DNA of 38,707 nt from Anaerolineae bacterium (GTDB taxonomy: Bacteria > Chloroflexota > Anaerolineae > Anaerolineales > Anaerolineaceae). Below the pieces are notes generated by a model. That model saw only the letters and a program-made list of their open reading frames with translations, did no database searches and was not told the DNA's origin. Position 1 is the stretch's first letter, and each line of letters begins with the position of its first letter. The stretch lies in assembly GCA_021287005.1 (NCBI GenBank), contig JAJTBH010000001.1, positions 1-38,707 on the forward strand, written 5' to 3'. Of this stretch, positions 25,439 to 33,320 are shown piece by piece. Both the position numbers and the translations under genes were made by a program.

Positions 25439-26113
25439 TTACCGGGCGGTTGGGGTATCTTCATTCCAACCCAGCATACCCCGCAGCGGCACAAATACCA
25501 CCGGCAGCATCACCTGGTGATGATAATCGCGCCCCTGGCGCTCCCAGAGTTGCAGCTCCTGGGCTGAACGCGGCCCGACCGGAATCACCAAACGCCCGCC
25601 GTCGGCCATTTGTTGCAAAAGCGGCAAGGGCACCGCCGGAGCGGCCGCCGTAACCAGAATGCCCTGGTAAGGCGCACCTTCGGGCCAGCCCTGCGAGCCG
25701 TCTGCCTGGTGCACTTCAATATTTTTATACTTTAATCGGCCCAACAGGTTCGAAGCGCTATCGGCCAGTTCACCGTAACGCTCCAGGCTGATAACCTTGT
25801 GGCACATCTCGGCCAATATGGCCGCCTGGTACCCCGAACCGGTGCCCACCTCGAGGACGGTTTCATTGCCGTTAAGGTGCAGCAGTTGGGTCATATAGGC
25901 CACCATGTAAGGTTGTGAAATGGTTTGATTGCAGGCGATGGGCAGGGGATAATCTTGGTAGGCTTCGGAACGATAATTATCGGGGACAAAAAGATGGCGC
26001 GGCACACGGCGCATTACTTCGAGCAGACGTTCATTATAAATTCCGCGTGCTTCGATCTGCTCTTTAACCATGCGCTGTCTTTCTCGCGCGCCACTGTCCT
26101 TAAGTATGTTCAT
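25439..26113 (-). CDS. pcm: Protein-L-isoaspartate O-methyltransferase
   Basis: Contains VPRHLFVP, QTISQPYMVA and the SAM motif VLEVGTGSGYQAA. The start may instead be the internal ATG at 26071 (MVKEQ...). The annotated start overlaps mutY by 14 nt. Confidence 0.85.
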   Translation of the reverse strand: MNILKDSGARERQRMVKEQIEARGIYNERLLEVMRRVPRHLFVPDNYRSEAYQDYPLPIACNQTISQPYMVAYMTQLLHLNGNETVLEVGTGSGYQAAILAEMCHKVISLERYGELADSASNLLGRLKYKNIEVHQADGSQGWPEGAPYQGILVTAAAPAVPLPLLQQMADGGRLVIPVGPRSAQELQLWERQGRDYHHQVMLPVVFVPLRGMLGWNEDTPTAR

Positions 26114-27182
26114 TCACCTGCTCCAGACGACCGGCTATCTGACGATCTATTTTCCCCATCGGGAATGAAGCCAAAGCGCCGGGTGACACCCAACGCAGCT
26201 CACTGGCTTCCAAAGCCTGCGGTGTCTGCCCCGTTTTAAGACGACATAAAAAGGCATGCAGGGTGACTTTGTAGTGGGTATAAGCATGCCGGTAAACGCC
26301 GAACGGAGCGCCAACCTCAATTTGAGCGGCCAGTTCTTCCACAATTTCGCGTTTTAAACCTTCGGGCAGGCTTTCGCCGGATTCCAGCTTGCCGCCCGGA
26401 AATTCCCATAAGCCGCCCAGCAGCCCATTGGGTGGGCGTTGGGCGATTAATACGTGATTATTCTCATTTTGTATCACCGCGGCGGTAACAATATAATGCG
26501 GCACCACAGGTCGTACCGGTAAAACGGGTCTTTCGAGCTGCACACCCAGGGCGCGCGCCTGGCAAAACGCCTCAAGCGGGCATTTGCGGCAGGCCGGTGT
26601 TGCCGGTGTGCAGATGGTCGCCCCCAGGTCCATCAAAGCCTGATTATAATCGCCTGCCCGGCCGGAAGGCAAATGCGCCGAAACAAGACTCCATAACAGT
26701 TTTTCGCCCTCGGGTGAACGCGCCGGAATTTCTACATTAAATAAACGCGCCATAACCCGGCGGATGTTCCCATCCAGCGTGGCTTCGTCCAACCCGAAAG
26801 CAATTGAGGCAATCGCCCCGGCCGTATAAGGGCCTATTCCCGGCAGAGTCTGCAACTCGCGCCGGTCTGACGGCAGTTTTCCGTCATAATCTTTCACCAC
26901 CCGGCGGGCGGCTTTAAGTAAATTTCGCGCCCGGCTGTAATAACCCAGGCCCTCCCAGAGCTGTAATACATCCTGTTCCGTCGCGGCGGCCAGGTCGGCC
27001 AGGGTCGGGAAACGCTGCATCCAACGTAAATAATAGGGGATGACCGTATCCACCTGGGTCTGCTGGAGCATAATTTCAGATATCCACACACCGTATTCAT
27101 CGGCCGCACCCCGCCACGGCATTCGGCGGGCATTAAGATCATACCATTCCAGCAGGCGGCCTGATATCTCGGACATCATCAT
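26100..27182 (-). CDS. mutY: A/G-specific adenine DNA glycosylase (MutY) with a NUDIX-like C-terminal domain
   Basis: Has the HhH-GPD core (LPGIGPYTAGAI), a 4Fe-4S Cys cluster (C..ATPAC..CP....C) and a MutT-like C-terminal half (GGLWEFPGGK). Confidence 0.9.
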   Translation of the reverse strand: MMMSEISGRLLEWYDLNARRMPWRGAADEYGVWISEIMLQQTQVDTVIPYYLRWMQRFPTLADLAAATEQDVLQLWEGLGYYSRARNLLKAARRVVKDYDGKLPSDRRELQTLPGIGPYTAGAIASIAFGLDEATLDGNIRRVMARLFNVEIPARSPEGEKLLWSLVSAHLPSGRAGDYNQALMDLGATICTPATPACRKCPLEAFCQARALGVQLERPVLPVRPVVPHYIVTAAVIQNENNHVLIAQRPPNGLLGGLWEFPGGKLESGESLPEGLKREIVEELAAQIEVGAPFGVYRHAYTHYKVTLHAFLCRLKTGQTPQALEASELRWVSPGALASFPMGKIDRQIAGRLEQVNEHT

Positions 27183-27196
27183 CTATGATTTAAAAA

Positions 27197-27499
27197 CTAA
27201 AACTGGAATCCACCTTTGGCAGAGACCAACTTATAGTTATAGTTGCGCACGTAGTCTTGCAAACGGTTATTGAGGCTGATCCATTCGGACGAGTTGAGCA
27301 CTTTATGGGCCTGATTAATGGAAGGCAGCATGGCGCCGACCAGCATTTGCGGCTTGGGGCCATACACGGTAGCCCAGGCATCGCTTAACTCAAAGCCCAA
27401 CCCCTGAACGCCGGGTAAAAATTCTCGCACGACGAACTCAAAATATTCCTCTTCGTGTTCTGGCGCTATATCCCAACTCATCAATAATTTTACAGGCAT
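27197..27499 (-). CDS. Hypothetical protein (100 aa), co-oriented between the MBL hydrolase gene and mutY
   Basis: A good GAGGTGA RBS is present. The gaps to both neighbours are tight (11 and 14 nt). I recognise no domain. Confidence 0.5.
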   Translation of the reverse strand: MPVKLLMSWDIAPEHEEEYFEFVVREFLPGVQGLGFELSDAWATVYGPKPQMLVGAMLPSINQAHKVLNSSEWISLNNRLQDYVRNYNYKLVSAKGGFQF

Positions 27500-27510
27500 A
27501 AACTCACCTC

Positions 27511-28155
27511 TTAACCCGGTTGTTGTTTTAAGACAACAACCCTCGTTTCTTCCGGTAATGAAGCGGCACCCGGTAATTTAAGCAGATCAAGCGCTTCAAA
27601 ATGATCGGCTATGCCCATCTGTTTAAGAAACTTGTTTAAAGTATCCCCTTCGGCTTCACCCGGAATAGCATAATGCATGGGAATAACAATGTTGGGTTCA
27701 ACCAGGTTCACCACTTCGGCGGCGCGGGCCGCATCCAGCGTGGTGTCGCCGCCCACCGGCAGCAACAATACCTGCACCGGTCCCAGGGCTTCAACCTCGG
27801 TCTGGGTGGGCACCCGGTTTAATGCGCCCAGATGAGCCACATTTAATCCGTCAAAATCCAACAGATATAAAACATTCCGCGTTTCGTCCTTGCCGGGGTG
27901 TTCATTGGTTTGAACGCCTGTAATAAAAACGCCGCCGATTTCATATTCGCCCGGGCCGTTAATAATATGCGGCGAACCTTCCACGGCTTCAATATGATTA
28001 TGACCTGGTTTATCGTGGCTGACGGTGACGATATCACCTTTTAATTTTAATAAACGGCCGCCCAAAAGATCGCCGCCGCACGGGTCGGCAATCACGGTTG
28101 CCAGACCGCGTTCTGCCAGACGAAAACAAGAATGTCCAAACCAGGTTATTTCCAT
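27511..28155 (-). CDS. MBL-fold metallo-hydrolase (UPF0173-like)
   Basis: The N-terminus MEITWFGHSCFRL, together with SHDKPGHNH and the protein size, is typical of this family. Confidence 0.8.
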   Translation of the reverse strand: MEITWFGHSCFRLAERGLATVIADPCGGDLLGGRLLKLKGDIVTVSHDKPGHNHIEAVEGSPHIINGPGEYEIGGVFITGVQTNEHPGKDETRNVLYLLDFDGLNVAHLGALNRVPTQTEVEALGPVQVLLLPVGGDTTLDAARAAEVVNLVEPNIVIPMHYAIPGEAEGDTLNKFLKQMGIADHFEALDLLKLPGAASLPEETRVVVLKQQPG

Positions 28156-28238
28156 ATATTCTCCAACTACTATTGATTATACAGCCTCACGCAAAACAAA
28201 ACACGACGAATTACTTAAAATTCCGGCAAAGAAAAGTC

Positions 28239-28260
28239 AGGGTGCGTTTGCACGCACCCT
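28239..28260 (-). terminator. Terminator hairpin after the Gfo/Idh/MocA gene
   Basis: AGGGTGCG pairs with CGCACCCT around a 6-nt loop. On the minus strand it is followed by GACTTTTCTTTG. Confidence 0.5.
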
Positions 28261-28296
28261 TGTAGAAATGCCAGACCATTATACCACTTGCGGCTT

Positions 28297-29277
28297 TTAT
28301 ACTCTAACGGCTTTACCGGTGTTGGCCGATTCAAGGCAGGCCAACAAAACCTTCGTATTGCGCCGTGTATCGTCCAATGTTACGCGCGGAGTCTTGCCGT
28401 GCCAGATACACTCGGCCATATCGTCCAGCTCGCCCAGGTAAAGTTCCATGCCTTTAATATCCACTTTTTGCGGATCACGATCAAGGAAAAGGTTAATGGA
28501 AGTCGATTTTCCCGGCCCAAACGGCACGGGGATTTGCAGACTGCCTTTATCACCCAGAATTTCCATCGAGGTGTAATGCGTGGTGGCAAAACCGCTCTGA
28601 AACTGCGCCAGCAGTTTGCCGGCAAAACGCATCTCGCCGCCAAAGGCCACATCCACACCGGTGGGGCCCAATTCCTGCCAGCAGAGCACTTCTTCCGGTT
28701 CCATGCCCAACATGGTGCGAATGTAACTGATCGGGTAAACGCCCACATCCCACAGCGATCCGCCGCCCCATTCGGGTTTAAGGCGCACATTTTCGGGGTC
28801 TTCCAGCAAAAAGGTGAACACACCGCGGATCATGCCGACCTTGCCGATTACGCCCTGGTCGAGCATTTCCTTAACTTTTAAAGTCTGCGGATGGTGGCGG
28901 TACATAAATGCTTCCTGCACCACTTTGCCATGTTCACGGGCGGCTGCTTCCACCGCATCCATTTCTTCCAGTGTGAGCACAAAGGGTTTTTCACATAAAA
29001 CATGTTTGCCCGCCTGAATGGCTTTAATCGTCCATTCGGCATGCAGATGGTTGGGAAGCGGGTTATAAACCACATCCACATCGGGGTCGGCCAGCAGCTC
29101 TTCATAACTGCCATAGGCGCGGTTTATGCCTTTTTCCCTGGCATAAACTTTGGATTTATCCAGGTTGCGACTGGCAACTGCGGCCAGTTGGTGACGTTTG
29201 GATCCTTTCATTGCCTGGATCAATTTATCATTGATTTTTGCGGTACTGATCAGCCCCCAGCGTAAAACATCTGCCAT
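28297..29277 (-). CDS. Gfo/Idh/MocA-family NAD(P)-dependent oxidoreductase
   Basis: The N-terminal Rossmann region carries the EKP motif (VLCEKP). An AGGAGG RBS is present. Confidence 0.85.
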   Translation of the reverse strand: MADVLRWGLISTAKINDKLIQAMKGSKRHQLAAVASRNLDKSKVYAREKGINRAYGSYEELLADPDVDVVYNPLPNHLHAEWTIKAIQAGKHVLCEKPFVLTLEEMDAVEAAAREHGKVVQEAFMYRHHPQTLKVKEMLDQGVIGKVGMIRGVFTFLLEDPENVRLKPEWGGGSLWDVGVYPISYIRTMLGMEPEEVLCWQELGPTGVDVAFGGEMRFAGKLLAQFQSGFATTHYTSMEILGDKGSLQIPVPFGPGKSTSINLFLDRDPQKVDIKGMELYLGELDDMAECIWHGKTPRVTLDDTRRNTKVLLACLESANTGKAVRV

Positions 29278-29504
29278 AGCATGCCTCCTGTAATAATATT
29301 ACAAACTCTGCTTCAATTATATACTCTCTGTGATGTGCCAGCGCGACAGGTATATTATAACCCCAAGGCGCTCAAGCCTTTTTTATTATCTTTCGGATTA
29401 TTGGAAATTACCCTGATCAACAAAAGCTTGTGGGGTAAAATTAAAATACAAACCCCAACACTATGCAGCGTCCGGTTTTTCTGGCCTGCCCGGAAAGGTA
29501 TTTT

Positions 29505-29804
29505 ATGTCAGCCTATGTCTTTTTGGAAATCGAAGTGACCGACCCCGAAGTTTATGAAGCCTACAAAAAACTTTCACCCGCAGCCATCGCCGCCTACGGC
29601 GGTAAATACCTGGTACGCGGCGGAAAAAGTGAAGTTTTGGAAGGCGATTGGCAGCCCCAGCGCATCGTCATTCTCGAATTTGAAAACACCGAACGCGCCA
29701 AAGCCTGGTTAAACTCGCCCGAATATCGCCCCGCCTGGGAAAAACGCAAACAAAGCGCCAAAACCCGTTCGGTTTTGCTGGAGGGCTACAGCCCTGTTTT
29801 GTAG
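29505..29804 (+). CDS. DUF1330-domain protein
   Basis: MSAYVFLEIEVTDPEVYEAYKK...GGKYLVRGG...E.......IVILEF.....A..W..SPEY matches DUF1330 as I recall it. I take the internal ATG at 29505, which is preceded by GAAAGG. Confidence 0.7.
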   Translation: MSAYVFLEIEVTDPEVYEAYKKLSPAAIAAYGGKYLVRGGKSEVLEGDWQPQRIVILEFENTERAKAWLNSPEYRPAWEKRKQSAKTRSVLLEGYSPVL

Positions 29805-29886
29805 GGCTACAACCCTGATTTTTAGGGCTATAACCCTGTTCTGTAGGGCTATTACCCTGTTTTTTTAGGGCTACAGGGCTACAAGT
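29782..29886. repeat. Tandem repeat: a 21-bp unit in about 4.5 copies (AGGGCTACAACCCTGTTTTGT-like)
   Basis: Units start at 29782, 29803, 29824, 29845 and 29868. Each is a mini-hairpin AGGGCT-A(C/T)(A/T)-(A/G)(C)CCCT followed by a T-rich run. The array supplies the stop codons of both convergent genes. Confidence 0.85.
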
Positions 29887-31444
29887 TTATACCGGCGTTT
29901 TCAAGCAGGTCAATCATTTCTTCACGCGTAGCCGGCTTAAGCGCCGTATAACGCACCCCCACCTGGCGGGCGGCGCGGATTAATTCCATATCATCGCGCC
30001 CTGTGCATAATAAAACACAAACCGAGGGTTGAATTTGCAGCAAACGCCGGGCTGTCTCCAGCCCGTCCAGCGGGCTCATGCTGTAATCCGTCATTACAAA
30101 CAGGTAATCGGAAGGGGCGGAAGCGAATAACGTAATCGCATCTTCCCCTTCATTACAGGTCGTCACCAAAAAACCAAGCCGCTCCAATAGTAGACGTCCC
30201 AATAAAATCTGGTTGTCATCGTCATCCACCAGAAGAACCTTTTTATCCTCTTTTTCGGTTTTAACTGGTTGCGCCTGGTGCGGCTGCGTTTTTTGTTCGA
30301 GAATATCCTGCTGTGGAAGTTCAATCATAAAGGTTGTCCCCGTTTCTTTGCTGCTTTCAAAAGATGTTTTTCCCTTTAGATATTGCTCGCCAAACAACTT
30401 AATACTATAGGTGCCAATGCCGCGCCCGTTGCCCTTGGTGGAATATGAGCGTTCAAAGATATGCGGCAAAACGTCGGCCGGTATTTGACCCGCATTATGC
30501 ACCCAAAAAACAGGCCGGTCGCCCTGTCGTTCAAACCCCATCTGCACTATGCCGCCGGTCGGGGTGGCCTCCAGTGCATTTTTAACCATATTAATCAGAA
30601 CCCGCAGCAATAAAATGCGGTCTGTTTCAATGCTTCCCGCAATGTTTGTCTCGTCTAATTCAAGAATCTTTTTTTCGTCGGCGACCTGTAAACTGAAAAT
30701 ACCTTTAATATGGTTAAAAATTTCATAAACCGGCACTTTTTTAATCACCGCTTCAAGCTCGTGTTTTTCGGCGCGCGCCAGCAAAGCATGAAACTGAACT
30801 TCTTCTTTTAAGAGGGTGGACAAAGAAATGATCTGGCGGGCGGCCCGCTCGGGGTCCGAGCTTTCAAGCTGCTCGCTCCATCCCTTAATCCCGCCTACCA
30901 TATTTAAAAAGTCATGCAAAAAGACTTTTTCCAAAATTTCACGGCGTTTATATGGGCTGATGTCCTGCAGCACGATCACGCTTAACTCATTTTGCCCCAC
31001 TTTAACCGGTGTGGCCTTAATTTTATAATCGGCCGCAACGTACTCTCCGTTTTTAAGGGTTGTCATGCGGCATTCACCCTCGCTGGGCTCGCGGTTCTGC
31101 TGGCAGGCCAAAATGGCAATCACCGCGCCACAATTTTGGCAATAAACCGAAGTGCCGCAGCCATCCGGGCCTTCAGGCACATGAACGCAGCCCAACATTT
31201 CACCCGGCCGCAGACCGATTAAGGAATTGTTGGTTGAATCCACATACAAAGCGTCAATTAATTCTTGATTGGCAGCCAAAACCTGCCTTTGTTCGTTTAA
31301 CACCACGGCAAAACCGCTGACGGCTTCCATCACCACATGAATGATGGGGCTGTCGAACAAAGCCTTCACCTGTTCCTGCAGCATATCTTCTGTAACACGA
31401 CCGGCCGGAGCGAAATAAGAATCGATCAGTTTGTTATTGGTCAT
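29879..31444 (-). CDS. Hybrid sensor histidine kinase / response regulator with a Cys-rich PAS-like N-terminal sensor
   Basis: The sensor carries CVHVPEGPDGCGTSVYCQNCG. The H-box is FLHDFLNMVGG, the HATPase region includes NMVKNALEAT and GRGIGTY, and the C-terminal REC domain has LLVDDDD, VMTDYSMSP and ALKP. Confidence 0.85.
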   Translation of the reverse strand: MTNNKLIDSYFAPAGRVTEDMLQEQVKALFDSPIIHVVMEAVSGFAVVLNEQRQVLAANQELIDALYVDSTNNSLIGLRPGEMLGCVHVPEGPDGCGTSVYCQNCGAVIAILACQQNREPSEGECRMTTLKNGEYVAADYKIKATPVKVGQNELSVIVLQDISPYKRREILEKVFLHDFLNMVGGIKGWSEQLESSDPERAARQIISLSTLLKEEVQFHALLARAEKHELEAVIKKVPVYEIFNHIKGIFSLQVADEKKILELDETNIAGSIETDRILLLRVLINMVKNALEATPTGGIVQMGFERQGDRPVFWVHNAGQIPADVLPHIFERSYSTKGNGRGIGTYSIKLFGEQYLKGKTSFESSKETGTTFMIELPQQDILEQKTQPHQAQPVKTEKEDKKVLLVDDDDNQILLGRLLLERLGFLVTTCNEGEDAITLFASAPSDYLFVMTDYSMSPLDGLETARRLLQIQPSVCVLLCTGRDDMELIRAARQVGVRYTALKPATREEMIDLLENAGINL

Positions 31445-31473
31445 TGTCCATATCTCCAGTCAGGCAAAAACAC

Positions 31474-32229
31474 TCAACTAAATTGAACATCCATGGACCA
31501 TAACATCTTATAGTATGAATCCAGTTTCCCCCATGCTTCTTTTTTGTCCGTGCCTTTTAAGCCTTCAATTTTTACTTCAAGCGGTTTAATTAAATTCCTG
31601 CGTAAAACGTCCTGGCAGCGATGAATATCATTTTGCCCGGTCAGACTCTTAATTAAAAAGACCATGGCCAGGTAGGTCGAAATTTGATTTAGCAGGTCGG
31701 CTTGTTTATTTTGATAATAAGTACGCGATATATCCGTCAGATCCTTGCCGCCGGGCGTTTGGTTGCGCTCCACACAACTGCTGGTTTCCACGTAAGGGTT
31801 CAATTGAACCAGAAGTTCCCCGGCCAAAGAAGCCAGAATCAGGTTAACCTGGCGCTGGCGGTTGGCAGCCGAAGCGTCGCTGATGTTTATTTTGCGGGTA
31901 CGCAGTTGGGTTAAAGAGCGCAAAAACATCTGAAAGAGAGCAGCATAATCGGGGTCTTTTAACATGCGTTTCACGCGTATACTCCACTGCAAAGGTTTAT
32001 CACTGCACAAACGGTTTACTTCTTCAAAACCTTCTTTTTTAAGAACGGCAGCTTCAGCCAACCAGGCCGGGTTTAATTCGATTAAGCCGTTTTTAATATC
32101 CGCAGACGGTTCGCATTTGGCCCGTAGAAAGCGCATAAACAGCACCATCCACAATTGATCATCCTGTTCAAAAGAGGATAAGATGGCGTTTTCCTGAGCT
32201 GACGTTATTGAAGATCCAAAACTTGGCAT
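31474..32229 (-). CDS. Hypothetical soluble, predicted mostly helical protein (251 aa), immediately upstream of the hybrid kinase
   Basis: The ORF is long and clean, and it is followed 29 nt later by the kinase start with its own GGAGAT RBS. I recognise no domain. Confidence 0.5.
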   Translation of the reverse strand: MPSFGSSITSAQENAILSSFEQDDQLWMVLFMRFLRAKCEPSADIKNGLIELNPAWLAEAAVLKKEGFEEVNRLCSDKPLQWSIRVKRMLKDPDYAALFQMFLRSLTQLRTRKINISDASAANRQRQVNLILASLAGELLVQLNPYVETSSCVERNQTPGGKDLTDISRTYYQNKQADLLNQISTYLAMVFLIKSLTGQNDIHRCQDVLRRNLIKPLEVKIEGLKGTDKKEAWGKLDSYYKMLWSMDVQFS

Positions 32230-32354
32230 AGATGAAGGCTTCCTCTTAATTCAGGCGTTTTTCCTCAAACTATTCTAGCATAATTCGCTTCAAGCTTATG
32301 TAGAAAATGGATAAAAAACGGGATATTAAAAATATAAATCGGCATTTTGGGATA

Positions 32355-32383
32355 TTGACTTAATAGAAATAATGTTCTATAAT
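32355..32383 (+). promoter_or_regulatory. Near-consensus sigma70 promoter for the 4-TM membrane protein gene
   Basis: TTGACT (32355-32360), a 17-nt spacer, then TATAAT (32378-32383). Confidence 0.55.
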
Positions 32384-32434
32384 CGACTTAATTCATTCAA
32401 CAACTGACCTGTTCTATCAGAAAGGATACCTCCT

Positions 32435-33163
32435 ATGAATTCAACTCCGTTTCGCCTTCCATTCAACTTATCACGGGTAAATATTAATGCCGTTTTGGTT
32501 TTAGGCCTCATCATTATTGCCGCCTTAATCTCTTTTGAAATGTTTAACTTCACCACCACCGAATATGCCCTCTCGGATTTGCTGGGCGGCTTAACCTTCA
32601 TGGGCATTCGCTGGTCGACCATTTTATCAATCGCCTTCTGCGGCATCGATTTTGCCGGAATTGCGCGTTTATTCGTCACCGGCAAAGATAATAATGAACC
32701 CAAAGAAGTCTGGTATCTGTTTGGCGCATGGATCATGGCCGCCGCCATGAATGCCGCCCTGACCTGGTGGGGTGTTTCCATCGCTGTTTTAAGCCATCCC
32801 GTGCAAAGTTCCGTCGTGATGGACTCAACCACCCTGGTTAAAGTAGTGCCCGTGTTTGTCGCCATCATGATCTGGGTCATCCGGGTGTTGATCATCGGCA
32901 CCATCTCCACCGCCGGCAATAATTTACTGAAAAACACACATCACAGCTCGGGCAGCCTGCCGGCCCGCCGCCCGACTGCCGCAGCGCCCGGTCTTGGGCA
33001 AAATATGGCCCATACCCCCGGTTCGGCTGCTGCCATGCGCGGCGCCCGCCCCGGCGCAACCCCGCTGGTTTCACGCCCGGTAATCAACCGCTCCATGTCC
33101 GCCTCCGGCTCAGACGACTCATCAAGTTCGCGCATTGAACCCACTTACCACCGTACCCTGTAA
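32435..33163 (+). CDS. Hypothetical 4-TM membrane protein with a Pro/Ala/Ser/Gly-rich disordered C-terminal tail
   Basis: A near-consensus promoter lies at 32355-32383, an AAAGGA RBS region precedes the start, and a terminator hairpin lies at 33195-33225. The hydrophobic helices are in this frame. The antisense ORF 32377-32937 is taken as a shadow. Confidence 0.55.
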   Translation: MNSTPFRLPFNLSRVNINAVLVLGLIIIAALISFEMFNFTTTEYALSDLLGGLTFMGIRWSTILSIAFCGIDFAGIARLFVTGKDNNEPKEVWYLFGAWIMAAAMNAALTWWGVSIAVLSHPVQSSVVMDSTTLVKVVPVFVAIMIWVIRVLIIGTISTAGNNLLKNTHHSSGSLPARRPTAAAPGLGQNMAHTPGSAAAMRGARPGATPLVSRPVINRSMSASGSDDSSSSRIEPTYHRTL

Positions 33164-33194
33164 TTATCCCTCCCGATACCCCGGCCATAAAAAA

Positions 33195-33225
33195 GGAAAA
33201 GCCTGCCAGATGTGCAGGCTTTTCC
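33195..33225 (+). terminator. Terminator hairpin after the 4-TM membrane protein gene
   Basis: GGAAAAGCCTGC pairs with GCAGGCTTTTCC around a 7-nt loop. Confidence 0.55.
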
Positions 33226-33320
33226 GATTAATGATATAAATCTCGCCTGATACTTTTATGATCATAAATCGTATAATAATTTAAAATCATTCCATAAAAA
33301 AATCAGGATGACTTACCTGT

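Noticed and set aside
28288-28881. A 197-aa ORF lies on the plus strand, and ORFs of 147 and 73 aa lie in alternative minus-strand frames, inside the Gfo/Idh/MocA gene.
   Set aside because: They are shadow ORFs. The 326-aa minus-strand frame carries the Rossmann/EKP signatures and an AGGAGG RBS.
32377-32937. A 186-aa minus-strand ORF overlaps the 4-TM membrane protein gene.
   Set aside because: The plus-strand frame has a near-consensus promoter, an RBS region, a coherent 4-TM topology and a downstream terminator. The minus-strand ORF is Met/Thr-rich antisense noise and would run into the promoter region.
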